Of a stretch of 64,000 bases of DNA, positions 38,024 through 48,046 are shown piece by piece; positions within the stretch are counted from its first letter, which is position 1, and each line of letters opens with the position of its first letter. A model generated the notes under the pieces. It made no database searches. It was given only the letters and a program-made list of their open reading frames with translations, and was not told the DNA's origin. Position numbers and translations under genes: made by a program. This stretch comes from Candidatus Latescibacterota bacterium (GTDB lineage: Bacteria > Latescibacterota > UBA2968 > UBA8231), in assembly GCA_965223905.1 (NCBI GenBank), contig CBDCXV010000001.1:1248001-1312000 (forward strand), read 5' to 3'.

Positions 38024-39954
38024 GAGGCCTGCTCCTCCCACATGCCGGCGTACAGCCCCTGCGCGGCCACCAGCTCGTCGTGCCGCCCCTGCTCGACGAT
38101 GCGGCCCTGCTGCAGCACGACGATGCGGTCGGCCATGCGCGCCGAGCCGAGGCGGTGGCTGATAAGCAGGGCGGTGCGCCCCCCCAGGAGTTCCGCGAAT
38201 TGTCGGTAGAGTTCCGCCTCGGCCATGGCGTCGAGGGCCGCCGCCGGCTCGTCGAGGATGAGCAACTCCGGGTTCCGGGTGAAGGCGCGGGCGATGGCGA
38301 CCCGTTGCCACTCCCCCCCGGACAGGCCCTGGCCGCCGTCGAGGACGTGGCCGACCGGGGTGTCGTAGCCGTCGGGGAGACGTTCGGCGAGCTCTGCGGC
38401 CCCGGAGCGGCGCGCGGCGTCGGCGACCACGGCCGGGTCGGGGTGCAGCCACCGGGGCCACAGATCCGAGGTGGGCCTCTCTGACTTCGCAGCCGGGGCG
38501 GCGATGCCGATGGATTGCCCAAGGGTGAGCTCGAACCGGTAGAAATCCTGGAACGCGGCGCTCACGGCGTCTTCCATGCTGCCGGGGTCGATCCCGGCGT
38601 AGTCGAGGCCATCGGCTGTGACGCGCCCGGCCGTGGGCGGGTAGAGACCGAGGAGTATCTTGGCCAAGGTAGACTTGCCGGATCCGTTCTCGCCGACGAG
38701 GGCGACCCGCTCTCCCGGGGCCAGGTGGAAACTGACGCCCTGCAGCACCGCAGGGGCCGTCTCGCCGGATGCCGCCGCCGGGTAGGAGAAGTGGACGTCG
38801 TCGACGAAGAGCCCCTGGCGCAGCGGCCTTGGGAACGGAGCGTTCCCGGGCCGTTCTGTCGCAACCGGCGCCTCGGTAAAAGTGCCATGCCCTCCTGTGG
38901 CGGCCTCCGCTCCGAGGCCGTCTCCCTCCGGCAGGTCGAGGAACTCCCGGACGTACCCGACCTCGGCGGACTGGGACTGCAACTGTCGGGAGTTGAAGGC
39001 GAGGCTTCCGCCGGCCCCGAACATGTCGTCGACCCCCTGGAAGAGCGCGACGAAGCGTCCGGGCGTCAGGACCCGGTCGCCGAGCAGGTAGGCGAGGATT
39101 CCGGCGACGCCGACCCCCACGGCGACGCGCAGCCCGGTGGCCGGGAGCCCGCCCAGAACCTGGCGACGGCGCTGTTCAAACAGTCGTTCGCGCAGCACCC
39201 GGCGCATTCTCCGCCAGCGTTCGGTCAGCAGCGCGTGCAGGCCGAAGAGGCGCATCTCCTTCTGCTCCGTCCGCCCGGTGAGGATGCGGTCGACGTACCC
39301 CGCCTGGCGCTCCTCCGGCGTCTCCCCGTGGGTGAAGGCCATGGACATGCGGGTATACTCGATTTCGATACGGATCTGCGGCACCAGCACCGCCAGCAGG
39401 GCCAGGGAGATCCAGGGAGAGACCGGGGCGAACATGGCGGCCACGGAGACCACGGTGATCACCGCCTGGGCAAAGTGCAGGGCGGAGAAGAACAGCCGGT
39501 AGAGCTTGCGCCCCGGATCCCGGGCCCGCTCGAGACGGTCGTAGGTCTCGCTCGCCTCGAAGAACAGCAGGGGCAGCCGCGACGACTTGGCCAGAAGGCG
39601 GCGTCCCAGGACGTGGGAGAGGTTCTGCTCCAGCCGCAGATTGAGGATGTCGCGAACATTCCACACCACTTCGTTGGTGAGCAGCAGAGTCAGGCCGAAG
39701 GCGATCAGCCAGGGGAGGGCGTCGCCGAAGCCCGCGGAGCCGCCGCCCGCGGCAGCGACCACGGTGTCGACGAGGTTTCTGGTGATGTGGATGAGGAGGG
39801 CAGGCTGGAGGCCCAGCAGCAGGTGGACGGCGATCAGACCGAGAACCGCCCCCCTCGCATGGGCCCAGATGTGGCTCCAGGCCCAACGCAGGTTGGCGGC
39901 GATGCTGCCTGCGCTCGTGCGGCGGTTCCAGTACTCGAGATCAGATCTCGCCAC
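38011..39954 (-). CDS. ABC exporter (TMD+NBD), first subunit
   Basis: GENGSGKS, LSGGEWQR, LDEPA, SHRL. Confidence 0.9.
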   Translation of the reverse strand: MARSDLEYWNRRTSAGSIAANLRWAWSHIWAHARGAVLGLIAVHLLLGLQPALLIHITRNLVDTVVAAAGGGSAGFGDALPWLIAFGLTLLLTNEVVWNVRDILNLRLEQNLSHVLGRRLLAKSSRLPLLFFEASETYDRLERARDPGRKLYRLFFSALHFAQAVITVVSVAAMFAPVSPWISLALLAVLVPQIRIEIEYTRMSMAFTHGETPEERQAGYVDRILTGRTEQKEMRLFGLHALLTERWRRMRRVLRERLFEQRRRQVLGGLPATGLRVAVGVGVAGILAYLLGDRVLTPGRFVALFQGVDDMFGAGGSLAFNSRQLQSQSAEVGYVREFLDLPEGDGLGAEAATGGHGTFTEAPVATERPGNAPFPRPLRQGLFVDDVHFSYPAAASGETAPAVLQGVSFHLAPGERVALVGENGSGKSTLAKILLGLYPPTAGRVTADGLDYAGIDPGSMEDAVSAAFQDFYRFELTLGQSIGIAAPAAKSERPTSDLWPRWLHPDPAVVADAARRSGAAELAERLPDGYDTPVGHVLDGGQGLSGGEWQRVAIARAFTRNPELLILDEPAAALDAMAEAELYRQFAELLGGRTALLISHRLGSARMADRIVVLQQGRIVEQGRHDELVAAQGLYAGMWEEQASWYQ

Positions 39955-40147
39955 GGGATGCCCGGGTCAGGCGCGCGGCTCGAGGTGCCGGCCGCGATTG
40001 CTTTGGAGCTGAAGCTGACCCGGAAATCCGAACAATGGTGATTCCCCGTGCAGGTAGATGAGATCCTATGGGGTAAGGTCAACGGCAATCATGGACAATG
40101 GCAACGCATTTTTCAGCCCTCTTGTATCCCCGTGGAGCAGGGAGTCT

Positions 40148-40345
40148 TCACCAACGGCGGCAGGCTTCCCGACGATGCCCGACCCGGACCACGAGTACGA
40201 CAAGCTCTTTTCCCTTCAGGGGACTTCCCACGAGCGGGCGCTCTCCCAGACTATCGATTGCATGCGCAATGCGCAGCCGTTCGGATTGTGGAATACGCGC
40301 CAGTTCCTCCGCGGCGCTTCGCTTAATCCGAACGGAGTAGCTCAT
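40148..40345 (-). pseudogene. RelE family toxin with internal deletion
   Basis: MSYSVRIKRSAAEEL...PLKG joined directly to LVVLVVRVGHRRE; the usual R-x-R-V-G-D-Y-R segment is absent. Confidence 0.75.
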
Positions 40346-40544
40346 CTCTGACCTGATCCCAGTCCAGGACTGGATCGGAGGGGTCGCGAATCCGCTCCAG
40401 GGCAACGGTGAGATCGTCGAAATCTTCCAGATATCGTTCCAGCGCAAGGCGAATGACGTCGGCGCGGCTTCGCTTAAGCTCCGAAGCGGCCGAGTCCAGT
40501 GCTTTGACGAGCTCGTCGGGGACGCGTGCGGAAATCTGGCTCAT
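40323..40544 (-). CDS. CopG/RHH antitoxin
   Basis: ISARVPDELVKALD...RSRADVIRLALERYLED. Confidence 0.85.
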   Translation of the reverse strand: MSQISARVPDELVKALDSAASELKRSRADVIRLALERYLEDFDDLTVALERIRDPSDPVLDWDQVRDELLRSD

Positions 40545-40795
40545 GGGGCTTCCTTGTGGAGATTGCATCTGGCTTCACCCTTTCTATTGTTCAACAACCT
40601 CAAAAAAGGCAATTGATGGGAAGGCAGTCGCGGTTATCTTCCCGGCCTGCCGGAGATTTGGGCTCCCTGGTGCCTTTCGGGTCGGCAACCCCGACTGATG
40701 CTTGCCCGTTCCACCGCCAACCCCGGCCGCCCAGCTGGGGCATCATCGCATGCCGATCCGGGCAAGAACGCCCGCTCCAATCGCGCGAAGACCAC

Positions 40796-41164
40796 ATGAA
40801 CGAGACAGCACGACACAAGCTCGAACGCTGCATAGGCCTGCTGGAGCAGGGATCCCTCACCGCGGCGGACCTGCGGGATCTCGCCGCGGCCTCCTCTTTC
40901 GCTTTCGCAGGTCAGCGGCAGGAGCTCCTCTACCTGCAGACGGCGACGACCTCGGTGACCAGCGAGGTGATCGGGATGTCGCTGGTGGCCGGGGGGAAGG
41001 TCTCCGACGGCCCGATGGATCCCGGCCAGTGGCCGTACAAGTCCGTCCTCGAGGCAATGGAGGACGGCTGGCGCGTCGTGCGCTTCCCGGTGCAGCTGCC
41101 CGCGGGACACACGCAGGACGCCCACATCACCTGTGAATTCGTGCTCGAAAGGTGGGGACCATGA
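40796..41164 (+). CDS. Hypothetical protein
   Basis: Coding-like ORF (WPYKSVLEAMEDGWRVVRFP...EFVLER), ATGA-coupled to the next gene. Confidence 0.7.
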   Translation: MNETARHKLERCIGLLEQGSLTAADLRDLAAASSFAFAGQRQELLYLQTATTSVTSEVIGMSLVAGGKVSDGPMDPGQWPYKSVLEAMEDGWRVVRFPVQLPAGHTQDAHITCEFVLERWGP

Positions 41165-42018
41165 CCGCCGCAGAGAGGGCCGGACGCGCCGGTCCGGTCG
41201 CTCCGACCATCGGCGACTCCGAGGTCCTGGAGTTCTGCAAGACCGGGCTGCTCACCCTCGAGGCGGTGGTTCCCGAGTCGACCAACCAGTGGGTCCGCGC
41301 CTATCTCGAGGCCGGTTCCGCGGAGCCGCCGGCGACTGCCCAGGAGCTGGTCCGGGAGGACCGTTTCGCCGCGGAGGTGATGCTGCACCCGGAGGTGGCG
41401 GGGGTCTGCAGGGCGCTCCTCGGCGCCGGCTTTCAGCTGCCGGACTGGATGGCCAACCACCGGATCGAGGGCCCCAGGCCGATAGGCAGGTGGCACATCG
41501 ACGGGGGATCGCGGTTCGAGCGCACCTGCGAGCTGCTGCAGGTCTTCTACCTGCCGCAGGCGGTGACCCCGGAGATGGGGCCGACCCTCTTTCTGCCCGG
41601 TTCGCACCTCGTGCCGATAGCGCGCGAGGAGCTGGAGCATTACGGCCACCTCGCCGGACAGGTGTCGACGGCGGCGCCGGCAGGCTCGGTTTTCTTCACC
41701 GCCTACTCGATCTGGCACCGGCAGTCGGAGAAGAGGGCCGCGGAGGTCCGCAACCTGCTGAAGTGGGTGTACTGGCGGACGCAGCCGCCGCGGCGGGACT
41801 GGCTGCCCGAGCCGGGGTTCGATCCGGGGAGGGCGGACTATTCGTACGAGAACGGCTACTTCCGCGGCAGCACGCGGAAATGGCAGTCGGTGCCGCGGGT
41901 GGCGGAGATGTTCACCTGGATGTGCGGCAAGGCGGACGAGTTCCGGCAGGTCGGGGGGTCGGGCTGGCCCTACTCGGCGTCGGATCCGGGCCTGCGCAAG
42001 CCGGGGAACAGGAGCTGA
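41161..42018 (+). CDS. PhyH family Fe/2OG dioxygenase
   Basis: WHIDG, GPTLFLPGSH, AGSVFFTAYSIWHR. Confidence 0.85.
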   Translation: MTAAERAGRAGPVAPTIGDSEVLEFCKTGLLTLEAVVPESTNQWVRAYLEAGSAEPPATAQELVREDRFAAEVMLHPEVAGVCRALLGAGFQLPDWMANHRIEGPRPIGRWHIDGGSRFERTCELLQVFYLPQAVTPEMGPTLFLPGSHLVPIAREELEHYGHLAGQVSTAAPAGSVFFTAYSIWHRQSEKRAAEVRNLLKWVYWRTQPPRRDWLPEPGFDPGRADYSYENGYFRGSTRKWQSVPRVAEMFTWMCGKADEFRQVGGSGWPYSASDPGLRKPGNRS

Positions 42019-42172
42019 AGCGCCGAACCGCGGTCTCTTGGATGCCGCCCCCGCATGGGCGATATTGATGCCGGCGTTTCGAAAGCCATTACTCCCCATC
42101 CCGGCCGGTTGCAACGGCCGGGGCTTCCCCAAAGGCCTTTGAGAAAGGCCGAACAAACCAAGGAGACGAACG

Positions 42173-42598
42173 ATGATCCCCACCATCAGCTCCGGCGTCG
42201 CAGGACCTCTCGGCGCCATCCACCTCCCCCGGCTCTGGTCGAAGGTGCTGCTCAGCGCCCACGGGCAGCTCGAAGAGGGGTACGACGAGTGCGGCCAGGG
42301 TTTCGACCAGATGGTTCTGGACGGGCTCAAGGTCGACCGCGACGCCGCGATCGCCTTCATCAAGGACAACAACGCCACCTACCCGCAGTTCGAGCAGTGG
42401 GTCCGCGACCAGCGCGGCGGCAGCATTCCCGCCAGCGAGATCGAGGCCTCCAACGCCGCCATCGCCGGGTACGATCACGCCGACGACACGCGGGGCGAGA
42501 TCCTGTCCACGGCCGGCATCGGCGACGACGGCTCGATCAAGGACGCCGTCAATCTCAACAACCTCGACGACTGGACGGAGTTGCACGGCTCGCTGTAG
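42173..42598 (+). CDS. DUF5069-like protein
   Basis: AAGGAG RBS; GAIHLPRLWSKV...GY...GFDQMVLDGL...LDD. Confidence 0.7.
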   Translation: MIPTISSGVAGPLGAIHLPRLWSKVLLSAHGQLEEGYDECGQGFDQMVLDGLKVDRDAAIAFIKDNNATYPQFEQWVRDQRGGSIPASEIEASNAAIAGYDHADDTRGEILSTAGIGDDGSIKDAVNLNNLDDWTELHGSL

Positions 42599-42631
42599 CA
42601 GGCGGCTGATTCAAGTCGGTCGACTTCATCG

Positions 42632-42666
42632 ATCCCCCGTCAGCTCTGTCTGGCGGGGGATTTTTT
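42632..42666 (+). terminator. Rho-independent terminator
   Basis: atcccccgtcag-ctctgt-ctggcgggggat followed by a T run. Confidence 0.8.
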
Positions 42667-42890
42667 CGTACCCGAGCCACCCTCCTCCCCGGATGTCGGG
42701 ACTCCCCGGGTGGAGTCCGGCGGCAGCCGCTCAGGGGCCGGAAAACCCGCCCGGGCCGGTACAATCGAATATCTCCAAACCGAGCGGTCGCTCTTTGTAC
42801 AAGAACCCATCCGGACAGCGGACTGGCCCCGGATTTCTTCGATTTGAGCCCGGTGGGGGGCTTGCGGTCGCGTGGGCGACCCCGCGGGAG

Positions 42891-43949
42891 TCAGGAGTGC
42901 AGGAAATCCCACAGCTCGGAGGCGCGCTCTCCGGCGATCGGCTCGCGGCGCAGGATCGAGTCGATGCCGCGCTTTTCCATGTAGCGGGGGACGTACTCCA
43001 GGCCCTTGTCGAATTCGCGGCGCGAGACTCCGACCGCTTCGGGGGCGTAGCGCACCTGGCAGCGGCGCAGGCGCCCGGCCAGCAGCTCCGGGGACTCGCC
43101 GGCGTGCCAGGCGATCGCCAGGGCCCCGAGGGCGACGATCTCGCCGTGGATCCAGGTGCGGCGGTTGATCTCCTCCAGGGCGAGCCAGAAGGGGTGGTCG
43201 CCGCTGCCGCCGGCGGCGCTGGAGGCGGCGAGCATGCCGTCCCGCTCCTGCAGGGCCAGGGCTATCAGGCGCACGCTCTCCCCGGTGAGTTGGCCGCCGC
43301 GGTCCAGGGTGGCCTCGAAGTCGCCGGCCAGCTTCTCCTGGTAGGCGTGCATGCCGTCTGCCCAGGACTCGTCGAAGGCAGGTCCGATGCCGCGGGCGGC
43401 GCGCCACCGCCACTCGGCGATGCCGGCGTACCCGCAGAGGATGTCGCCGATGCCGGCGGTGTTGAGCCAGGGGGGAGCGGCCAGCACCACGTCGCAGTCG
43501 ACGAGCACGTGCTCGCAGTCGACCCAGGGCCACTCTCCGACTTCACCGACGGTGCGGTGGCCCTCCCAGCGGGCGAAGACGCCGTGGATGATCGCCCCGG
43601 TGGAGACGATGGTCGGGACGAGGACGAGGGGCAGGCCCCTGTCGAGGGCGGCGAACTTCGCGTCGTCGAGCGCGGTGCCGCCCCCGAGTCCGACGACGAG
43701 CTCGATGCCGTCGGGGAGCCGCCGGCTCAGCTCCTGCTGGTGGCGCTGGTCGAGCCATTCGGCGTGGACCACTCCCCGGGGCTCCCGGGCCAGGTGGGGA
43801 CGCGCCGCGGCCCAGGCGCTGGGGGTGGTCACGACTCCGTAGGGGGGCCAGTCCCGGCTCTCCCGGCGCAGCAGGCCGCGGCCGCAGCGGATGTCGATGT
43901 CGGCCGCGGGCTTGGCCCGGGCGCTGTCGTTCCAGCCGCGGTTTTCCAT
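42891..43949 (-). CDS. Glycerol/G1P dehydrogenase-like (Fe-ADH/DHQS superfamily)
   Basis: VGLGGGTALDDAK, VPTIVS, AGIGD, GDH, HGEIVA. Confidence 0.8.
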   Translation of the reverse strand: MENRGWNDSARAKPAADIDIRCGRGLLRRESRDWPPYGVVTTPSAWAAARPHLAREPRGVVHAEWLDQRHQQELSRRLPDGIELVVGLGGGTALDDAKFAALDRGLPLVLVPTIVSTGAIIHGVFARWEGHRTVGEVGEWPWVDCEHVLVDCDVVLAAPPWLNTAGIGDILCGYAGIAEWRWRAARGIGPAFDESWADGMHAYQEKLAGDFEATLDRGGQLTGESVRLIALALQERDGMLAASSAAGGSGDHPFWLALEEINRRTWIHGEIVALGALAIAWHAGESPELLAGRLRRCQVRYAPEAVGVSRREFDKGLEYVPRYMEKRGIDSILRREPIAGERASELWDFLHS

Positions 43950-44055
43950 GGGTGCCTTCTGGAGGAATAGGGAAAGGTTCGGCTGTCGAGGTGAGGGGGC
44001 CGGCAAGAAGCTTCCGGTGCGGCAGCGCCCCGGGTGCTCCCGCGAGAGAGGCCGG

Positions 44056-45198
44056 CTATCCGAGCCAGTACTTCAGGGCGAGGTCGCCTACGAGGTAGCC
44101 GACCGCGGCCACCCCGAAGCCGACGACGAGCAGGTCGATGCCGCTGCGGAACATGCTGCGGCCGGTGAAGATGCTGCGCGCGGCGCCGACCGCGAAGTGG
44201 GAGACCATCGAGACGCCGAAGGAGGTCCAGATGGCGGCCGGTCCGCTCAGAATCAGGAACGGCGCCACCGGGATGAAGGCCCCGACCGCGGTGGCGACGC
44301 CGGTGATGCAGCCCTCGCGGACCGGGGTTACGTGCTGCTCCCCGATGCCGAGCTCTTCCTGCACCATCACCTCCAGCGCCTGCTCCGGAGACTTCATGAT
44401 CTCCCCCGCGATCTCGCGGGCCAGTTCTTCCTTGACGCCCTTGGTCTGGTAAAGGAGGGTGAGCTCCTCCTCCTCGATTTCGGGCATGAAGCGCAGCTCT
44501 TCCTCTTCCACCGCGATTTCGTGGTCGTAGACCTCGCGTTCGCTCTTGGCGGCGAGGTAGCCGGAAGAACCCATGGAGAGGGCGTCGGCGATCATTCCCG
44601 CGACGCCGGTCAGCATGATGAAGGTCGCCCCGGCCTGGGCGCCGACGACTCCGGCGACGAGGCCGAAGTTCGCCGTCAGACCGTCGTTGAATCCGTAGAC
44701 GACGTTGCGCAGGAAACCGCCGGACCTGGTGTAGTGCCAGGGCTCCCCTTCGCGTCCGGTCAGCTTCGACAGGGTCTCGGCGTGGCGCGCCGATTCCCTG
44801 GCCAGGAGCAGCGCCGCGTCCGCGGTCGAGCCGGGATCGCTTTCCCGGTACAGGGAGATGTAGCCCCTGACCTCGAGCCCCTCTTCGCGCAGCAGCAGGG
44901 AATGCAGCATTTCCGGGCCGAACCTGCCGGCGATCCAGGACAGCAGGCGCGCGCGCGAGGAGGGCTTGCGCGGCGGCACCGTCACCCCGTGCTCGGCGAA
45001 GATCTCCTCCCAGACCGCAGTGTGCTTCTCTTCGACCGCGGCGAGCTTGAGATAGAGATCCCGCTTCTCCTCGTCGGAGGAGGACCCGGCGAGCCGGCGG
45101 TAGAGGAAGGCGGCGTCGTTTTCGTCCTGCCAGTGATCGCGCCACAGCGCGATCGTTTTGCGGTCGGGCGGGCTGCCTTTGGAGGGCGTTTCGGTCAT
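44056..45198 (-). CDS. Rubrerythrin-like + VIT1/CCC1 Fe/Mn transporter
   Basis: EEKH/ESARH ferritin-like motifs; LRNVVYGFNDGL...ALSMGSSGYL. Confidence 0.88.
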   Translation of the reverse strand: MTETPSKGSPPDRKTIALWRDHWQDENDAAFLYRRLAGSSSDEEKRDLYLKLAAVEEKHTAVWEEIFAEHGVTVPPRKPSSRARLLSWIAGRFGPEMLHSLLLREEGLEVRGYISLYRESDPGSTADAALLLARESARHAETLSKLTGREGEPWHYTRSGGFLRNVVYGFNDGLTANFGLVAGVVGAQAGATFIMLTGVAGMIADALSMGSSGYLAAKSEREVYDHEIAVEEEELRFMPEIEEEELTLLYQTKGVKEELAREIAGEIMKSPEQALEVMVQEELGIGEQHVTPVREGCITGVATAVGAFIPVAPFLILSGPAAIWTSFGVSMVSHFAVGAARSIFTGRSMFRSGIDLLVVGFGVAAVGYLVGDLALKYWLG

Positions 45199-45283
45199 TG
45201 TGAGCGGTGCAGCTCCCGGGGAGATGGGGGGCGCAATATAGGGGGCGGACCGCTCCTCGAACATGGCCGGCGCCTCGCTGCCG

Positions 45284-46264
45284 TCAGAGATGGTCGACGG
45301 CCTGCAGAAGGGCAACCTGGTACCCGAGCGCGAAGGCGAAGGCGACGAGGTCCGGTTCCGGGCCGGAGATCTTCGGCACGTGATCCGGCATGATCATGTA
45401 CTGGTATCCCACCTCCTTGTACACCTTCAGGGCCTCGTAGAAGTCGACGTCCCCCTCGTCGGGGAAGGTCTCGACGAAGTTGCAGAAACCGCCGCGGATG
45501 TTGCGGAAGTGGACGTTGAAGATCTTGCCGCGCTCGCCGAAGAAGCGGATGACGTCGAAGATCTCCTCGCCCGGGTTGTCGAGCATCTCGCAGACCGTGC
45601 CCTGGCAGAAGTTGAGCCCGTGAAAGGGGCTCTCGGCGATCTCGACGAAGCGCCGGAGACCGGCGACGCTGCCCATCACGCGGTCGATTCCGCGCAGCCC
45701 CCGCGGGCTCGGCACCGGCGGGTCGTGCGGGTGGCAGGCGATGCGGATCCGGTATTCCTCGGCGACAGGGACGACGCGCTCCAGGAAGTAGGCGACGCGT
45801 TCCCACATGGTGTCGGCGTCGACGCGGCCTGCCGCGGTCAGCGGCTCCTGCTCCGCCTCGGCGTAGACGAAGGAGCGGTTGGTAGAGCCGCCGCGCCCCT
45901 TCACCGGAGAGGTGCTGACGACCCCCAGGTAGCTCAGGTAGTATTTGATCGAAGGGATCCCGGCCTCGGCGGTGATGCGGAGGATGTCGCAGACCCGGTC
46001 TGTTTCGCGGTCCCGGTTCTCGTCGCCCAGCATGATGGCGGGGAAGAGGTTCCCCGGGGCGGTGCCGATGTGCCCGAGCGGGATCATGTCGAGGCAGATA
46101 CCGAAGGACTCGACGTGCTCCCGGTGCCGCTTCAGGTGGCCGGCCGTCCAGGAGCTGGCCGGTCCCTCCGGGGTGCTGCAGACATGGTCGATGCCGAGCT
46201 GTTTCAGCTGCCGGAAGAAGTCGTCGCCGATGCGAGGGCAATCGAACTGCGTTCCCACGTGCAT
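45284..46264 (-). CDS. uxuA: Mannonate dehydratase family protein
   Basis: FLERVVPVAEE, CHPHDPP, NFCQGT, NVHFRN, ETFPDEG, MPDHVP. Confidence 0.8.
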   Translation of the reverse strand: MHVGTQFDCPRIGDDFFRQLKQLGIDHVCSTPEGPASSWTAGHLKRHREHVESFGICLDMIPLGHIGTAPGNLFPAIMLGDENRDRETDRVCDILRITAEAGIPSIKYYLSYLGVVSTSPVKGRGGSTNRSFVYAEAEQEPLTAAGRVDADTMWERVAYFLERVVPVAEEYRIRIACHPHDPPVPSPRGLRGIDRVMGSVAGLRRFVEIAESPFHGLNFCQGTVCEMLDNPGEEIFDVIRFFGERGKIFNVHFRNIRGGFCNFVETFPDEGDVDFYEALKVYKEVGYQYMIMPDHVPKISGPEPDLVAFAFALGYQVALLQAVDHL

Positions 46265-46508
46265 GCTGCGGTTCCTTTCGGGGGCTTTGGGGGAGTTGGG
46301 CGGCGAATCGCAATTCGGAATCCTGCCAGGGGGCAGGGCTTCGGGCTCGCCCGGCGTTCAGCAAAAGCTTGACATCCCCCACGCCGTGGAGGAAGATAAG
46401 TGGGGACGGTCAGGGGGCCGAGAACATGGAACTGCCAGAGTATCGAATAGATGTTCGCTGCACTCCTGATTTCCGGCGATGCGAGGTTTGAATGAACAGG
46501 AGCATGAC

Positions 46509-47687
46509 ATGACCAAGACAGTGATTCTTGAAACGAATGTGCTTTACGACATAGGATTGAATCGAGTCCGTATTGAGGACATCGGGCGATCCGGAGAACG
46601 TCTCTGTTACTCTCCCATATCAATCATCGAGTTGGTATCCAAACTTGATGCCAGGTTATTTGAAGAACGCAGGGCAGCGGCTGGTGCTATCCTCAAGTAC
46701 GGAATTGACGAACTCCCTGATCCCGAATCATACCTGACTGCTGCATTTGGCTACAAGTTGGCGGAACCTGCCCCCTCCTATTGCCATGCTGTCCGGGCCT
46801 TGGCTGAAGGCCGGAGCCTCGAGGAGGTTCGAAGCGGAGTTCCGGACTACGAAATTCGGGTCCGTCGGAGGTTGAATGTGCCGTTTGCAGCAACATGGCG
46901 TGAAAAAGGTGAGCAAGAATGGGTGGATTCTCTCATCACCCTGATGGCGGAAAATATCTCAAGATTTGGAAAGTGGTACGTAAAGGACCCTGAAAAACGG
47001 GCTTCATCGGTGCCTAAACTGCGAGGTGAGCAAAAAGCAGAATTCCTTGCCGGAATGAAATCGGAAGAGTGGAGTGCCCGAATCATTTCCGCTTGCCAAA
47101 TGCGCGCCTTCTTCAAAGCGGATAAAAAGAACCTTGGTGTAATTTCCAAACAGAAAGCCCATGAGTTAGCCGCCGCCATTCCCAAGATAGAGTGCTATAC
47201 CCGTATTTACACCAACTACTTGATCCGTCTGATGACTGAGGGGTATTTACCAAAGAAGAACGATAGTGGAGATATCGATTTCTTTCTCTACTCGAGTGAT
47301 GATGATCACGTCCTGGCCACTAAAGATAAGAGGTGGATCAACATTGCCGAGGCAGCAGGGTTTGCAAGGAGGATACGGAAGTACGAATACGAACCCAGTG
47401 AAGCCATCCCGGCTGAAGATCGAAATTGTCGGAACGAAGATGATGCAAGATGTGGTAAAATGGACTTTGAAGACTATATCGAGATCCGACCCGGTGTTCG
47501 TAGCGGAAAACCTTGTTTCAAAGGAACCCGAATCACCGTCCAGGATGTACTGGAGTACCTGGCCGGGGGAATGACCGAAGCTGAGCTCCTATTAGATTTT
47601 CCGACTCTGACTCCCCAGCACATCCGTGCTGCACGGAACTATTCCGATGTCCATGAACTTCAGGCCGTTCCCGGTTCTACGGGGTGA
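46509..47687 (+). CDS. PIN-like domain protein in frame with a C-terminal DUF433
   Basis: VILETNVLYD...SPISIIE...NDSGD...LATKDK; DUF433 from M at 47460 (RPGVRSGKPCFKGTRITV). Confidence 0.65.
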   Translation: MTKTVILETNVLYDIGLNRVRIEDIGRSGERLCYSPISIIELVSKLDARLFEERRAAAGAILKYGIDELPDPESYLTAAFGYKLAEPAPSYCHAVRALAEGRSLEEVRSGVPDYEIRVRRRLNVPFAATWREKGEQEWVDSLITLMAENISRFGKWYVKDPEKRASSVPKLRGEQKAEFLAGMKSEEWSARIISACQMRAFFKADKKNLGVISKQKAHELAAAIPKIECYTRIYTNYLIRLMTEGYLPKKNDSGDIDFFLYSSDDDHVLATKDKRWINIAEAAGFARRIRKYEYEPSEAIPAEDRNCRNEDDARCGKMDFEDYIEIRPGVRSGKPCFKGTRITVQDVLEYLAGGMTEAELLLDFPTLTPQHIRAARNYSDVHELQAVPGSTG

Positions 47688-48037
47688 ATCTTCTCCTCGA
47701 CGAGAACCTCAGCCATCGGCTCGTGACCCGACTTGAGGAAGATTTTCCCGGCACCGCCAGTGTCAATCAAATTGGGCTTGGTAGCCAACCCGATACAGTC
47801 ATTTGGGACTACGCACAGGAAAACGGTTTTACAATCGTGTCGAAGGATGGTGACCTTCGTGAATTCAGTTTCTTTCGGGGTCATCCGCCAAAAGTAATTT
47901 GGCTTGACATTGGCAATACCGGGACCGATCGCGTTGCGGACTTGCTGCTAGGGAACAAGGACTTGATCGCCGCTTTTCTCGAGCAGGATGAGGACTCCCT
48001 TCTTTCCTTGAATCTGCAGGATCTCGATTCAAGCTGA
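47684..48037 (+). CDS. DUF5615 PIN-like toxin
   Basis: LLLDENLS...IVSKDGDL...HPPKVIWLDIGN. Confidence 0.85.
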   Translation: MNLLLDENLSHRLVTRLEEDFPGTASVNQIGLGSQPDTVIWDYAQENGFTIVSKDGDLREFSFFRGHPPKVIWLDIGNTGTDRVADLLLGNKDLIAAFLEQDEDSLLSLNLQDLDSS

Positions 48038-48046
48038 ACCGAGTGG

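Noticed and set aside
39955-40140. RiPP or NHLP precursor for the ABC exporters
   Set aside because: No ORF with an RBS and leader features; nthA has a full catalytic CTLCSC motif and is not an NHLP leader.
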